25,462 nt of DNA from NCBI GenBank assembly GCA_002269645.1, contig NIVC01003026.1, positions 1-25,462 on the forward strand. The letters run 5' to 3'. The stretch is from Macrostomum lignano (Eukaryota). A model generated the notes under the pieces. The model did no database searches. It saw nothing but the letters and a program-made list of their open reading frames with translations, and was not told where the DNA came from. Below are positions 1 through 8,997 of the stretch, piece after piece (the first letter of the stretch is position 1; the number at the start of each line of letters is the position of its first letter). The translations under genes and the position numbers were made by a program.

Positions 1-2
1 CG

Positions 3-77
3 CCTCTCGTTGATGAACCTGAAAGTTGTGTCGAGCGCTGCAGCCTACCCGTTGACCTGCTGCTCTCCTTTGTTCAG
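3..77 (+). CDS. Internal exon (5'-truncated by the window edge) of an unidentified upstream gene: PLVDEPESCVERCSLPVDLLLSFVQ
   Basis: Stop-free frame 3-77 ends at CAG|GTGAGG donor (GT at 78-79) in phase 0 and joins in frame to the acceptor at 425. Confidence 0.55.
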
Positions 78-140
78 GTGAGGACCGTGTTTTAATCGAT
101 TAGGAAGTCAGGGGTCTTGGCTATTATAGCGCTCTTGGCC

Positions 141-343
141 TAGGGACCGGGGTCTAGCCACAGGTATACAGCAGCTTCTGGCATAGGACCGGGGTCTAGC
201 CAGAGGTATACAGCAGCTTCTGCATAGGGACGGGGTCTAGCCACAGGTATACAGCAGCTTGTGGCATAGGGACCGGGTCTAGCCACAGGTATACAGCAGC
301 TTCTGGCATAGGGACCGGGGTCTAGCCACAGGATACAGCGGCT
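141..343. repeat. 43-bp tandem repeat (TAGGGACCGGGGTCTAGCCACAGGTATACAGCAGCTTCTGGCA), about 4.7 copies, within intron 78-425
   Basis: Directly visible. Copies differ mostly by single-base deletions. Confidence 0.95.
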
Positions 344-425
344 TTTGATTTGCGGCAGTTCCCGAAGCCCCTGCAAATTAACTAACCAGCCTTCCTCTCA
401 TTGTCCGGTTATTGATCTCTTCCAG

Positions 426-833
426 GCCAACGCTGCAGTGCACTTCTCCAGCGAGGTGTTGAACCTTAGCCAGAATGTCGGACGACTTCAGCGCTGGCCG
501 ACCGGCTCTCGGCCGCCTGGACCACCGAGTCGGACGCGAAGCCGCAGGCCATCTCTCTGGCCAGCCGGTCTCTCGTCTGCCGCCTGGTCGGTTCGAACCG
601 CGCACGCCAACCGGTTTCTACCGATTCGAAAGCCGCACAAGTTGCCGCCAGCCGCCACTTGGGCCACCGCCGCCGCGGCCAGGACCGGAGTGGATGCCTT
701 CTACACCCCTGCATGCCTCCGCTCCGGGCTGGCCGCCTCGGCGAGGTCGGCTGCTGCTGCTCGGAGCGGCAGCGGCGGTGCTCAGTTTGTGATCTGCCCG
801 GAGCCGCGACCTGGAGCTGGAGGCCACCATTGA
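426..833 (+). CDS. Terminal exon of the upstream gene; low-complexity Ala/Ser/Pro/Arg-rich C-terminus ending ...GAGGHH*
   Basis: Pyrimidine-rich acceptor (GATCTCTTCCAG|GCC) at 425, GC-rich open frame to TGA 831-833, phase-compatible with exon 3-77. Product not recognised. Confidence 0.55.
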   Translation, partial: ANAAVHFSSEVLNLSQNVGRLQRWPTGSRPPGPPSRTRSRRPSLWPAGLSSAAWSVRTAHANRFLPIRKPHKLPPAATWATAAAARTGVDAFYTPACLRSGLAASARSAAAARSGSGGAQFVICPEPRPGAGGHH

Positions 834-1122
834 GGATGATGATGACTAAGACAGGCGCAGATTCTAATACCGACAGAGTTTGTTCTATCCTGTTGAAAAT
901 GTTACCGTGACAAGAGTCACTGCAAACAGCTCACTAGTGACTCTTGTGACTTTTTAACGACTCAAGCGACAGTAATGCGATGGAGAGGCGACTTTTGAGT
1001 CACTCAAGTAGACTAAATGGAGTTGTTATCAGTTCGAAATATGATTCGAATTCATAAAGTTCGCACTCAGTGAGTCTACAGCGACTCCAGCACGCCTCAG
1101 ATACGACTCCACCGCCCCTGCG

Positions 1123-1749
1123 ATGAGCTCGTGCGTTCTCACTGCCTCATCAGTCTGAGCAGTCAGCTGATTGAGCTGCTGCATTCTCAACTGCCTCATC
1201 AGTCTGAGCAGTCAGCTGATTGAGCTCCTGCATTCTCAACTGCCTCATCAGTCTGAGCAGTCAGCTGATTGAGCTGCTGCATTCTCAACTGCCTCATCAG
1301 TCTGAGCAGTCAGCTGATTGAGCTGCTGCATTCTCAACTGCCTCATCAGTCTGAGCAGTCAGCTGATTGAGCTGCTGCATTCTCAACTGCCTCATCAGTC
1401 TGAGCAGTCAGCTGATTGAGCTGCTGCATTCTCAACTGCCTCATCAGTCTGAGCAGTCAGCTGATTGAGCTGCTGCATTCTCAACTGCCTCATCAGTCTG
1501 AGCAGTCAGCTGATTGAGCTCCTGCGTTCTCAACTGCCTCATCAGTCTGAGCAGTCAGCTGATTGAGCTCCTGCGTTCTCAACTGCCTCATCAGTCTGAG
1601 CAGTCAGCTGATTGAGCTCCTTCGTTCTCAACTGCCTCATCAGTCTGAGCAGTCAGCTGATTGAGCTCCTGTGTTCTCAACTGCCTCATCAGTCTGAGCA
1701 TTTAACTGAGCTCCTGCATTCTCAACTGCCTCATCAGTCTGAGCAGTCA
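1123..1749. repeat. 49-bp tandem repeat (TGATTGAGCTGCTGCATTCTCAACTGCCTCATCAGTCTGAGCAGTCAGC), about 13 copies
   Basis: Period measured as 49 (1168, 1217, ...); near-identical copies. Confidence 0.97.
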
Positions 1750-2189
1750 ACTCACTACCTTAAGCCCAGATTTGCAACTTGAATCTGAATGCCTGCTTTC
1801 TAATCTGCTAGAATTGCATTCATTTTTCGTACGCATTAAAAAACAAGTCTAGTTTTAATTAGCATGCATGATTTACTTATCATTTACAGTTATAATTCTA
1901 CCGCATTGGTGCTACTTAGCAGTAGTATGACGATATTTTCCAGCTATCTCGACGACAAAGGTTTTTTTTATCTTTTTTTTCGCTTCTTTTTGCTACAAAA
2001 TATGTTTTTTCTGGTCTTGCCGGATGCATTTTGGAATTTAGTAAAGCAAAAAGCAAACTATGTTCAATTGGTTCTACTGCTATTAATATATTTCATACGC
2101 GTGCGTAGATTTTTGTTAACTTAGTTGATTTCTTAAGTTTGGCAATTTTCGTCGAGTAATTAGTTTCGAATTGATAATTAGAAATTAAT

Positions 2190-2214
2190 AATTTTTTCTT
2201 TTTAATCTTTACAG
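2190..2214 (+). promoter_or_regulatory. Strong 3' splice acceptor upstream of the CDF start codon (5'UTR intron or trans-splice site)
   Basis: TTTTTTCTTTTTAATCTTTACAG| ends at 2214, 82 nt before ATG 2297. Confidence 0.45.
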
Positions 2215-2296
2215 CTGAAACTTTCACATTCGCCTCATTTTTATGTACAATTATCGCAATTATTCATAATTATCTGCGCTCATAAATCCATTAAAA

Positions 2297-2644
2297 ATGG
2301 ACAAGCGGAAATCAGCAACAGCTTTTGAGCCGGCCGTGTTGCCAGTCGACAACCGCTCAGCTGAAGACACCGCAGCAGCTGGGCGGCAGATGAAGATGAC
2401 GCAGATCAGTCTGTCCGCCAGCGTGCCAGATGTCAATATCGACTATAGCGGCGGCGGTGCCAGTGGAAGCGCCGGACTCGGCGCTACGACTCATCGTTGT
2501 GCTCAAAGCGCCAGCGACATCAGCCGCGTTCTGTCGCCGGATCTCAGAGCTATGCTGATGCAGCCGCCGTCGAATGAACACCAGTCCGGTGTGGACAGGC
2601 TGGCCGGGGTGGAGGCCAGCGTTGCTTGGATGTTTCCTCCGCAG
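2297..2644 (+). CDS. Mn-type cation diffusion facilitator (MTP8-11-like), exon 1 (cytosolic N-terminus, 116 aa)
   Basis: AAAATGG start context; ORF ends at CAG|GTGGGG donor in phase 0; joins in frame to exon 2. No family motif in this exon, so linkage is inferred from phase and position. Confidence 0.75.
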
Positions 2645-2677
2645 GTGGGGCCCGGTCTTGTGGCCTGTTTGGAACAC

Positions 2678-3104
2678 TGGTAGATTGTGTGGTAGTTAAG
2701 TGATTAATAGATTGTGTGGTAGTTGAGTGATTGGTAGATTGTGTGGTAGTTGAGTGATTGGTAGATTGCGTGGTAGTTGAGTGATTGGTAGATTGTGTGG
2801 TAGTTGAGTGATTGGTAGATTGTGTGGTAGCAGACTGATTGGTAGATTGTGTGGTAGTTGAGTGATTGGTAGATTTTGTGGTAGTTGAGTGATTGGTAGA
2901 TTGTGTGGTAGTTGAGTGATTGGTAGATTGTGTGGTAGCAGACTGATTGGTAGATTGTGTGGTAGCAGACTGATTGGTAGATTGTGTGGTAGTTGAGTGA
3001 TTGGTAGATTTTGTGGTAGTTGAGTGATTGGTAGATTGTGTGGTAGTTGAGTGATTGGTAGATTGTGTGGTAGCAGACTGATTGGTAGATTGTGTGGTAG
3101 CAGA
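2678..3104. repeat. 27-bp minisatellite (TGATTGGTAGATTGTGTGGTAGTTGAG, variant ...GTAGCAGAC), left arm, about 16 copies
   Basis: Directly visible; interrupted at ...TAGCAGA| by the DNA transposon. Confidence 0.97.
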
Positions 3105-3141
3105 CCCTCTGGTAAATAAACCAGATAACACCACAAGATAA
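3105..3141 (+). repeat. Left terminal inverted repeat CCCTCTGGTAAATAAACCAGATAACACCACAAGATAA
   Basis: 37/37 match to the reverse complement of 11626-11662. Confidence 0.95.
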
Positions 3142-3251
3142 CATTCGCTCAAACAAGATAACATGCCCTATTCCGGTTATGCAAAATGTTATCTTGTATG
3201 AATCTTGTTTGCGTGACGAAATCTTACGTTTCCTTGTTTCAAACAAGATTC

Positions 3252-3708
3252 AAACAGGATTCGCTGACCAGGTAACAGTCGGGTAATTCATGCGAATCCT
3301 GCAGGGAAACATCGTGTTATCCTGTTTGTTATCTTGTTTGTTATCCTGTCTGGCAAACAGGATTCGCTGACCAGGTAACAGTCGGGTAATTCGTGCGAAT
3401 CCTGCAGGGAAATATCGTGTTATCCTGTTTGTTATCTTGTTTGTTATCCTGTCTGGCAAACAGGATTCGCTGACCAGGTAACAGTCGGGTAATTCGTGCG
3501 AATCCTGCAGGGAAATATCGTGTTATCCTGTTTGTTATATTGTTTGTTATCCTGTCTGGCAAACAGGATTCGCTGACCAGGTAACAGTCGGGTAATTCAT
3601 GCGAATCCTGCAGGGAAACATCGTGTTATCCTGTTTGTTATCTTGTTTGTTATCCTGTCTGGCAAACAGGATTCGCTGACCAGGTAACAGTCGGTTAATC
3701 CATGCGAA
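3252..3708. repeat. 103-bp subterminal tandem repeat, about 4.4 copies
   Basis: AAACAGGATTCG recurs at 3252, 3355, 3458, 3561, 3664; contains GTTATCCTG/GTTATCTTG motifs related to the TIR. Confidence 0.95.
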
Positions 3709-4564
3709 AGAAGCCGGAAGGCATTGACATCAAATTTTGCAGTAAAGATGCATATAAGAAGTTGGTGTTTCAAGATTTTATGAGTAGCATCTCTATATTT
3801 AACAGCGGGTTGTACTTTGTAAGCGCCTTATACAAACTAAACAAGGAACAGGAACAAGCTCAACAGGAACGAAAACTTCTGGAGAACAGCGTGGCATACG
3901 TATGAGTTTCGACAGTCGAGTTATAAGTAGACCTACTTATACTGTGGCTACTAATTGATACTACTGAATTGGTGATCTGCTGCGAGCTGGTGCTGAGTCG
4001 CAGGTCGGACCTGCTGTACTCGGACGCCACTCTGATGGCAGTCGATGCGTGAGCCAGACGTTTGAAAGATCGGGTCGCGCGCGTGGAAGGCGATTAATGA
4101 GACCACTGATGGGGGCTTGCATTATATGCCTGCGCAATGGAACGACTCTGCAATATTAAAGTTAAATTAAATGGCGATGGAAGGCAGTTTCCCCAAAATA
4201 TACACAGTTATAAAGAAACAGCAATGTACATACAGGTGATAGAACATACATCGATAGAATTGTCATTCGTAGCATAGTCGTCGTCCGGAATCAACTGGCT
4301 TTCGTTGATCGGCTGCTCGTAGACCGGAGACAAAGTGAATTGTGTATCATCTGGTGCGCCGGCTCGCTCGGCGCTGGCTTCGTTGCGTCCACGAAATGCC
4401 GACTACGCTGGAAACTCTTACCTGATTGTTTTCGCAATCCCGTGCGCCAACGGTAATATCCAACCGACTTGGCGTTGCAGATGTCGCTAGTGCGATGGAC
4501 GATCGTCCAACGGCGTCATCAACTGCGTCGTTCGAAGCAGTGACACCCTCCGGAAAAAGTGGCT

Positions 4565-4679
4565 GACAAGATTGCCGACACTCATGGTCTGTAACGACTA
4601 CTCCCTTGACTTGTTCGAGGATTTATTAAATCTCGACAAGATTACCGACATGGTCTGTAACGACTACTCTCTTGACTTG
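4565..4679. repeat. Two about 45-49-bp direct repeats (4565-4613, 4635-4679) separated by a hairpin-forming spacer
   Basis: GACAAGATT(G/A)CCGACA..ATGGTCTGTAACGACTACTC(C/T)CTTGACTTG occurs twice; spacer TCGAGGATTTATTAAATCTCGA is self-complementary. Confidence 0.85.
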
Positions 4680-4915
4680 ATCTGCTCTCGGCTGGTGCAA
4701 CTGCAAACGCCTTAGACAAACCAATGGAGCATGCACCGACAAAAATCGGATTAGCGTCTATCTTAATAGGAAAGCTGCTTTGCATACTGGGCCAGTTAGA
4801 GCTATTTGGAACCATGCCACAGTCTCCGTCTAGACACCCAGCTGTGCCAAACAATATGGTTGGCTGACTCATGCTTCTAAGCGTCAAATATGACGATAGA
4901 ATCATTCAGCCCGTT

Positions 4916-4927
4916 GACACACTAAGC
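4916..4927 (+). repeat. Target-site duplication of the retrotransposon (GACACACTAAGC; second copy 9042-9053)
   Basis: Identical 12-mer on both flanks. The first GA of the right copy is ambiguous with the (GAA)n tail. Confidence 0.93.
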
Positions 4928-4934
4928 TGTAAGC

Positions 4935-5012
4935 GCTGGCCGATTGTTCCCCCACCTTCACGAGGTGGCCAGTGGACAAGACCCGAAAAAGTCTTGGCAA
5001 AGAAGGGAGCAA
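4935..5012 (+). ncRNA. HDV-like (CPEB3-type) self-cleaving ribozyme
   Basis: P1 GCUGGCC 4935-41 / GGCCAGU 4967-73 with G1.U wobble; P3 ACC/GGU; L3 UUCACGA; P1.1 GG 4974-75; P4 CAAGAC 4977-82 / GUCUUG 4991-96; J4/2 GCAAA with catalytic C4998; P2 UUGUUCCC 4944-51 / GGGAGCAA 5005-12, with an imperfect proximal part. Confidence 0.85.
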
Positions 5013-8000
5013 ACGGAAGGGACCATGGATCGAAGCCACTGGCGGAAGCCAGTACGACGACACCGGCCCTTTTCACTCGTGGTACCCAGAAGTAGCCGAC
5101 CTGGGTACCGAGATTAACCAGGCAAAAACCAGTGGACAGCACAAAGGTAGAGAGCTAGAGGAACAGCAGAGCCGCACAAGACCAAGCCGGAAACAAAGGT
5201 CGGCGGAAGTGAAAGCACAGCTGACGACAGTAGAGAAGAACCCAGGACCAAACAGGAAGGAAAGACCAAAGAAAGAATCCGAAAACCCAAGAAAAAGCAC
5301 AAAACGACCGAAAACCCAAAAAGAGAAGAAAAGCAGACTAATCAGAAGAACCCGACGCCGTGGAACAAGAAGAACGAAGAAGATTAACAAACGCAGAGAA
5401 ACATTAAACAACGAGCTGAGAATAACAACATGGAATGTCCAGCGGGCAAACGTGTTCGGCACGCGTTTTGGAGAGATCGCAAAAAAGATTATGAGTGAGA
5501 ATTGGGAGGTAGCCCTCATCTCGGAGTTATCGGCACCGTCAGACGGAATAAGAAGTTACCACCAACCGAAACAAAATTCATTCCTGATTCACGGCAAGAA
5601 AACAGGCATCATCCTAAACCAGGAATTGTACCAGACGTGGAAGGACAGCGGATCAAAAAAGAAGATTACGAACAGAGCGATCATGATAGAAATATACGAC
5701 GCGACATTGATCAGCGTGTACTGCCCAGTTAGAGGCACTCCGGACTACGAAACGGAACTAGCAGAGCTCAGAAACACCCTGGAACGTTACATTCATAATG
5801 AAAGAAAGAACAAACCAATCATCATTGGCGGTGACATGAACGCACAGATTGGCAAATTTGAAAGCACAGACGCGCAACATCGAGGAAAGTTTGGCTTAGC
5901 ACTGACCAACCAGCAGGGCGAAGACCTCGCAAACTGGTTAGTGACAAATGATCTAGCCTGGATCAACTCGTTCCACAAGTCAAAAAACCGGGGAACCTGG
6001 AGAAATCCAAGCACCGGCACGTGGTATGAGATAGACGGCTTCATAACTCGCGCGCAGGACAGACACCGCCTGGTCAAAACGATAAAGAACCACAACAAGT
6101 GCAACTTGTCGGACCACCTGCCCAAAACCGTCATAATTCGGGGCTGGACACGGAACAAGTACGTCAAGGACCAGACGAGACGCAGGCGGAAGAACATCGA
6201 CTGGAGGAAACTCCACGACGAGAACAAGGCATCTGAGTTAAAAAAAGAAATACTAACAAGATTCGAAGAACTAAGAGAGAAGCAGGACAGGAACCTCACA
6301 GACATGAAATGGACAGACGTTCAAAACTCAATCATCGACAGTGCAAGGCACGTATGCGGCACGGTGACACGAGTAACGAACCCGTGGATGGCCCCCACAC
6401 TGGACGAACACGAGGCACAACAAAGAGAGCTGGCAGAAACGCTGGCCCATCGCAACGCATGCGTCAGAGAAGACCCCACCTCGGCGGCGACGACCCTAGC
6501 CCGCCTAGCGACTACAACTATCCGAAAAAAGATAAAAAAGAAGCTCGCGGAATGGGAGGAAAACTGGTGGGACGCAATCGCTGAGGAATGCAGAAATGCC
6601 GCGGATAGAGGCCAGATCGCAGTGGTCTATGAGAAATTAAGGATGTTGGACAAGCGAGGAAAGTGGAACAACAGCGGAACAGACACCAACTTTGACGAAG
6701 ATGACTTCAAGAACCATTTGGAAAGAATCCAAGGGACTAGATTGGAAAACCCGGAAACCGAAACAGCCGAACTGATCAGATCAATCAAAACCATGAAGGA
6801 ACAGGAAGATACGGAAAAGACAAGAACACAACTGACGACAGTCCCAACGGACCTTGAAATAGAAGCAGCCATTAAAGAAATGAAAGACCGAAGTCCCGGG
6901 GAGGACGAACTTCGTATCAGATACATTAGAATCGCCCCAGACGCAGTACGTAAAGAACTGTATGCAAGGATCCGCTTTCTGTTTGAAGAGCGAGCGCACA
7001 AATGGAATGACAACGAGAAAATTGGACTCATTATTCCATTATTCAAGAAGGGAGACCGAGCAGACATGAATAACTACAGAGGAATCTGCCTATTACCTAT
7101 GCTCAGCAGAATACTAGCCCGCATTCTGGCTACCAGAATCCGGAATTGGGCAGAAGTGATAGGAGCGCTAGATGACAACCAGAACGGCTTCCGAAGTGGA
7201 AGATCGACGGCGGACAACGCACAGATATTCACCAGGATGCACGAGGACATTGCCGAGTACCTGGAAACAAAAAGAGCATCAGGAGACTGCAACATCGAAG
7301 ACACAGAAACGGCAATCCTCCTAGACCTCCGTAAGGCATATCCGAGAGTGTGCAAGCCGATCCTGTGGGGAATCCTCCAAGCGTACAAGATGCCGCAAGA
7401 GACGATCGAAAAACTGAAAGACCTGCATGAACATACCGCGTATAAAGTGCAAGGCAAGGAGAAATCAAGCGAAACATGGCTACCCGAGCGAGGCTTACGC
7501 GAGGGATGCCCAACTTCCCCGATATTATTTAACATCTACCACCAGGCGAGCATCAGGAAAGCGGAAGAAACTCGGGAGACAGAAGCGGCCAGCAGAGGAT
7601 TAAGCTGCGGGGTGGAATGGACGTACTTACCTGGACACTCCTTGCCACCTCAGAGAACCAACCAGTACAACTCGGAGATGCGAACGGTCAAGTGGACCTC
7701 ATCGCTCTTTGCAGACGACACCACCATCCTAGGCAATGGCAGAGAACTGACGAGAAGCCTAACAACGACCAAAGAGAATATGAAGAAGTTCGAAGAACTG
7801 ACAAATGACGAGAAACAGGAGGAGATGGCCCTAGGAACATCCGCCGGAGGTAAAACTCGCATCCTAGGGTCGTGGATGGATAGGAGATACGACACACAGC
7901 AAAGAATCCAGAGAGCCGCCAAAGCGTGGAATGCGATCAGGAAAAGGTTCCATCGATGCCGCCTGAAAAAGACCACACAAGCTAAAGTGGTCGAGGCGTG

Positions 8001-8988
8001 CGTGGAAAGTGTACTCCTGTTCCATGCGAACACCCGCCCGTTCCTGCTCGGCGAAATCAAGAAAATGCAACAGTTCATCGACAAAACATACCGCAACATT
8101 TGGTCCAACAAGAGAATGGAACCGCTGCGCGAAATGGAAAGCCTAGGAGTAAATATGCAAGATATCCGCAACGAACTAGGTGTTGTGTCATTAAGAACAA
8201 AGATTGAGAAAAGTCACCTAAAAAGGATTGGCCACGTCCTACGGATGGAAGACGACAGACAAATAAAGCAAGCCGTATTAGGGTGGTACAGAGGCCTGGA
8301 AAGGATCCCTAAGCGCAAAAAACGGAAAAACAACACCATATCCTACTGGAAGCGCCTCATCCGGGAAGCCGGTATGGAACCGCAAGACATCGAACGCCAC
8401 GTTCTAGACAGGAAACACTGGCGGAACGTAGTACACCAGCGGACTGTACACCTACAAGAGTGGGAGAGAGTGCAAGGAAAAAAGGCCAAGACGGACAGTA
8501 ACAACAGCCTGATCGAACGAAGTCAAGAACGGTACCACGTAAAAACGAACCCGAGAGAGGTTGGAGATGGCTTCAAATGCGAATACGAACTCTGCGGCAA
8601 AGTGTGTAAAAGCAAGGGCGGACTAACCATCCACCAAAAGAGGATGCATCGCGTGTTTAAAGAGCCGGTGAAATTCAGATGCCACAAATGCGACAAGGAG
8701 TTCCGACAGGAAGCGACCCTGGCAAACCATGAGAAGGTGTGCCAAGGCGAGACGGAAATAGATGCGTCAAGAGTAAAATGTCAGCAATGTGGAAGCACAA
8801 TCGTAAAATCGAACCTAGCGAGGCACAGAAAGACATGTAAAGAACAACACCACAATCCACCGGAGATGGAGGAGAACAAGAGAAGAGCAAGAAAATACCG
8901 AAGGAAGACAGCAGAATGCGACAAGTGCGGAAGAACGTTATCGGCGACAAACATGGCGCGACACAAACGCACTTGCGGTGAAGCCTGA
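4972..8988 (+). CDS. Retrotransposon ORF: basic N-terminus, APE endonuclease (about 5416-6140), reverse transcriptase (FADD at 7708-7719), four C-terminal zinc fingers (8578-8976). True start unknown.
   Basis: APE motifs TWNV, ISE, GGDMNAQIG, EIDGF, SDHLP; RT motifs PLFKKGDRADMNNYRGICLL, QNGFRSGRST, LLDLRKAY, GLREGCPTSPILFN, LFADD. No stops. Frame is open from 4933 but the first ATG is at 5491. Confidence 0.97.
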   Translation: MDKTRKSLGKEGSKRKGPWIEATGGSQYDDTGPFHSWYPEVADLGTEINQAKTSGQHKGRELEEQQSRTRPSRKQRSAEVKAQLTTVEKNPGPNRKERPKKESENPRKSTKRPKTQKEKKSRLIRRTRRRGTRRTKKINKRRETLNNELRITTWNVQRANVFGTRFGEIAKKIMSENWEVALISELSAPSDGIRSYHQPKQNSFLIHGKKTGIILNQELYQTWKDSGSKKKITNRAIMIEIYDATLISVYCPVRGTPDYETELAELRNTLERYIHNERKNKPIIIGGDMNAQIGKFESTDAQHRGKFGLALTNQQGEDLANWLVTNDLAWINSFHKSKNRGTWRNPSTGTWYEIDGFITRAQDRHRLVKTIKNHNKCNLSDHLPKTVIIRGWTRNKYVKDQTRRRRKNIDWRKLHDENKASELKKEILTRFEELREKQDRNLTDMKWTDVQNSIIDSARHVCGTVTRVTNPWMAPTLDEHEAQQRELAETLAHRNACVREDPTSAATTLARLATTTIRKKIKKKLAEWEENWWDAIAEECRNAADRGQIAVVYEKLRMLDKRGKWNNSGTDTNFDEDDFKNHLERIQGTRLENPETETAELIRSIKTMKEQEDTEKTRTQLTTVPTDLEIEAAIKEMKDRSPGEDELRIRYIRIAPDAVRKELYARIRFLFEERAHKWNDNEKIGLIIPLFKKGDRADMNNYRGICLLPMLSRILARILATRIRNWAEVIGALDDNQNGFRSGRSTADNAQIFTRMHEDIAEYLETKRASGDCNIEDTETAILLDLRKAYPRVCKPILWGILQAYKMPQETIEKLKDLHEHTAYKVQGKEKSSETWLPERGLREGCPTSPILFNIYHQASIRKAEETRETEAASRGLSCGVEWTYLPGHSLPPQRTNQYNSEMRTVKWTSSLFADDTTILGNGRELTRSLTTTKENMKKFEELTNDEKQEEMALGTSAGGKTRILGSWMDRRYDTQQRIQRAAKAWNAIRKRFHRCRLKKTTQAKVVEACVESVLLFHANTRPFLLGEIKKMQQFIDKTYRNIWSNKRMEPLREMESLGVNMQDIRNELGVVSLRTKIEKSHLKRIGHVLRMEDDRQIKQAVLGWYRGLERIPKRKKRKNNTISYWKRLIREAGMEPQDIERHVLDRKHWRNVVHQRTVHLQEWERVQGKKAKTDSNNSLIERSQERYHVKTNPREVGDGFKCEYELCGKVCKSKGGLTIHQKRMHRVFKEPVKFRCHKCDKEFRQEATLANHEKVCQGETEIDASRVKCQQCGSTIVKSNLARHRKTCKEQHHNPPEMEENKRRARKYRRKTAECDKCGRTLSATNMARHKRTCGEA
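5025..5117 (+). CDS. Short upstream ORF (30 aa, MDRSHWRKPVRRHRPFSLVVPRSSRPGYRD) overlapping the main ORF in another frame
   Basis: First ATG after the ribozyme, in strong context (ACCATGG), 12 nt after P2; TAA at 5115-5117. Confidence 0.5.
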   Translation: MDRSHWRKPVRRHRPFSLVVPRSSRPGYRD

Positions 8989-8997
8989 CGCTGTTCA

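Noticed and set aside
141-343. Each 43-bp copy lacks a different single base
   Set aside because: Deletions fall mostly in homopolymers, typical of long-read consensus error, so not treated as biology.
3101-3112. piggyBac assignment from the CCCT terminus
   Set aside because: Flanks are GA, not TTAA.
2550-3562. Repetitive ORFs (TTQSTNHS, LPHNLPITQ, YHTIYQSLN, MPDRITN...)
   Set aside because: These are translations of the 27-bp and 103-bp tandem repeats. The same applies to 11652-12203 and 140-376.
3702-3905. 67-aa ORF with a coiled-coil-like end as a transposase fragment
   Set aside because: Short, starts in the repeat edge and has no recognisable motif; cannot be supported.
3922-3941. Perfect 9-bp hairpin TATAAGTAG-AC-CTACTTATA
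   Set aside because: AT-rich, isolated, with no associated element end; plausible by chance.
4972-4974. GTG start given in the ORF track
   Set aside because: Prokaryotic-style call; it lies in the ribozyme P1 strand and the frame is already open from 4933.
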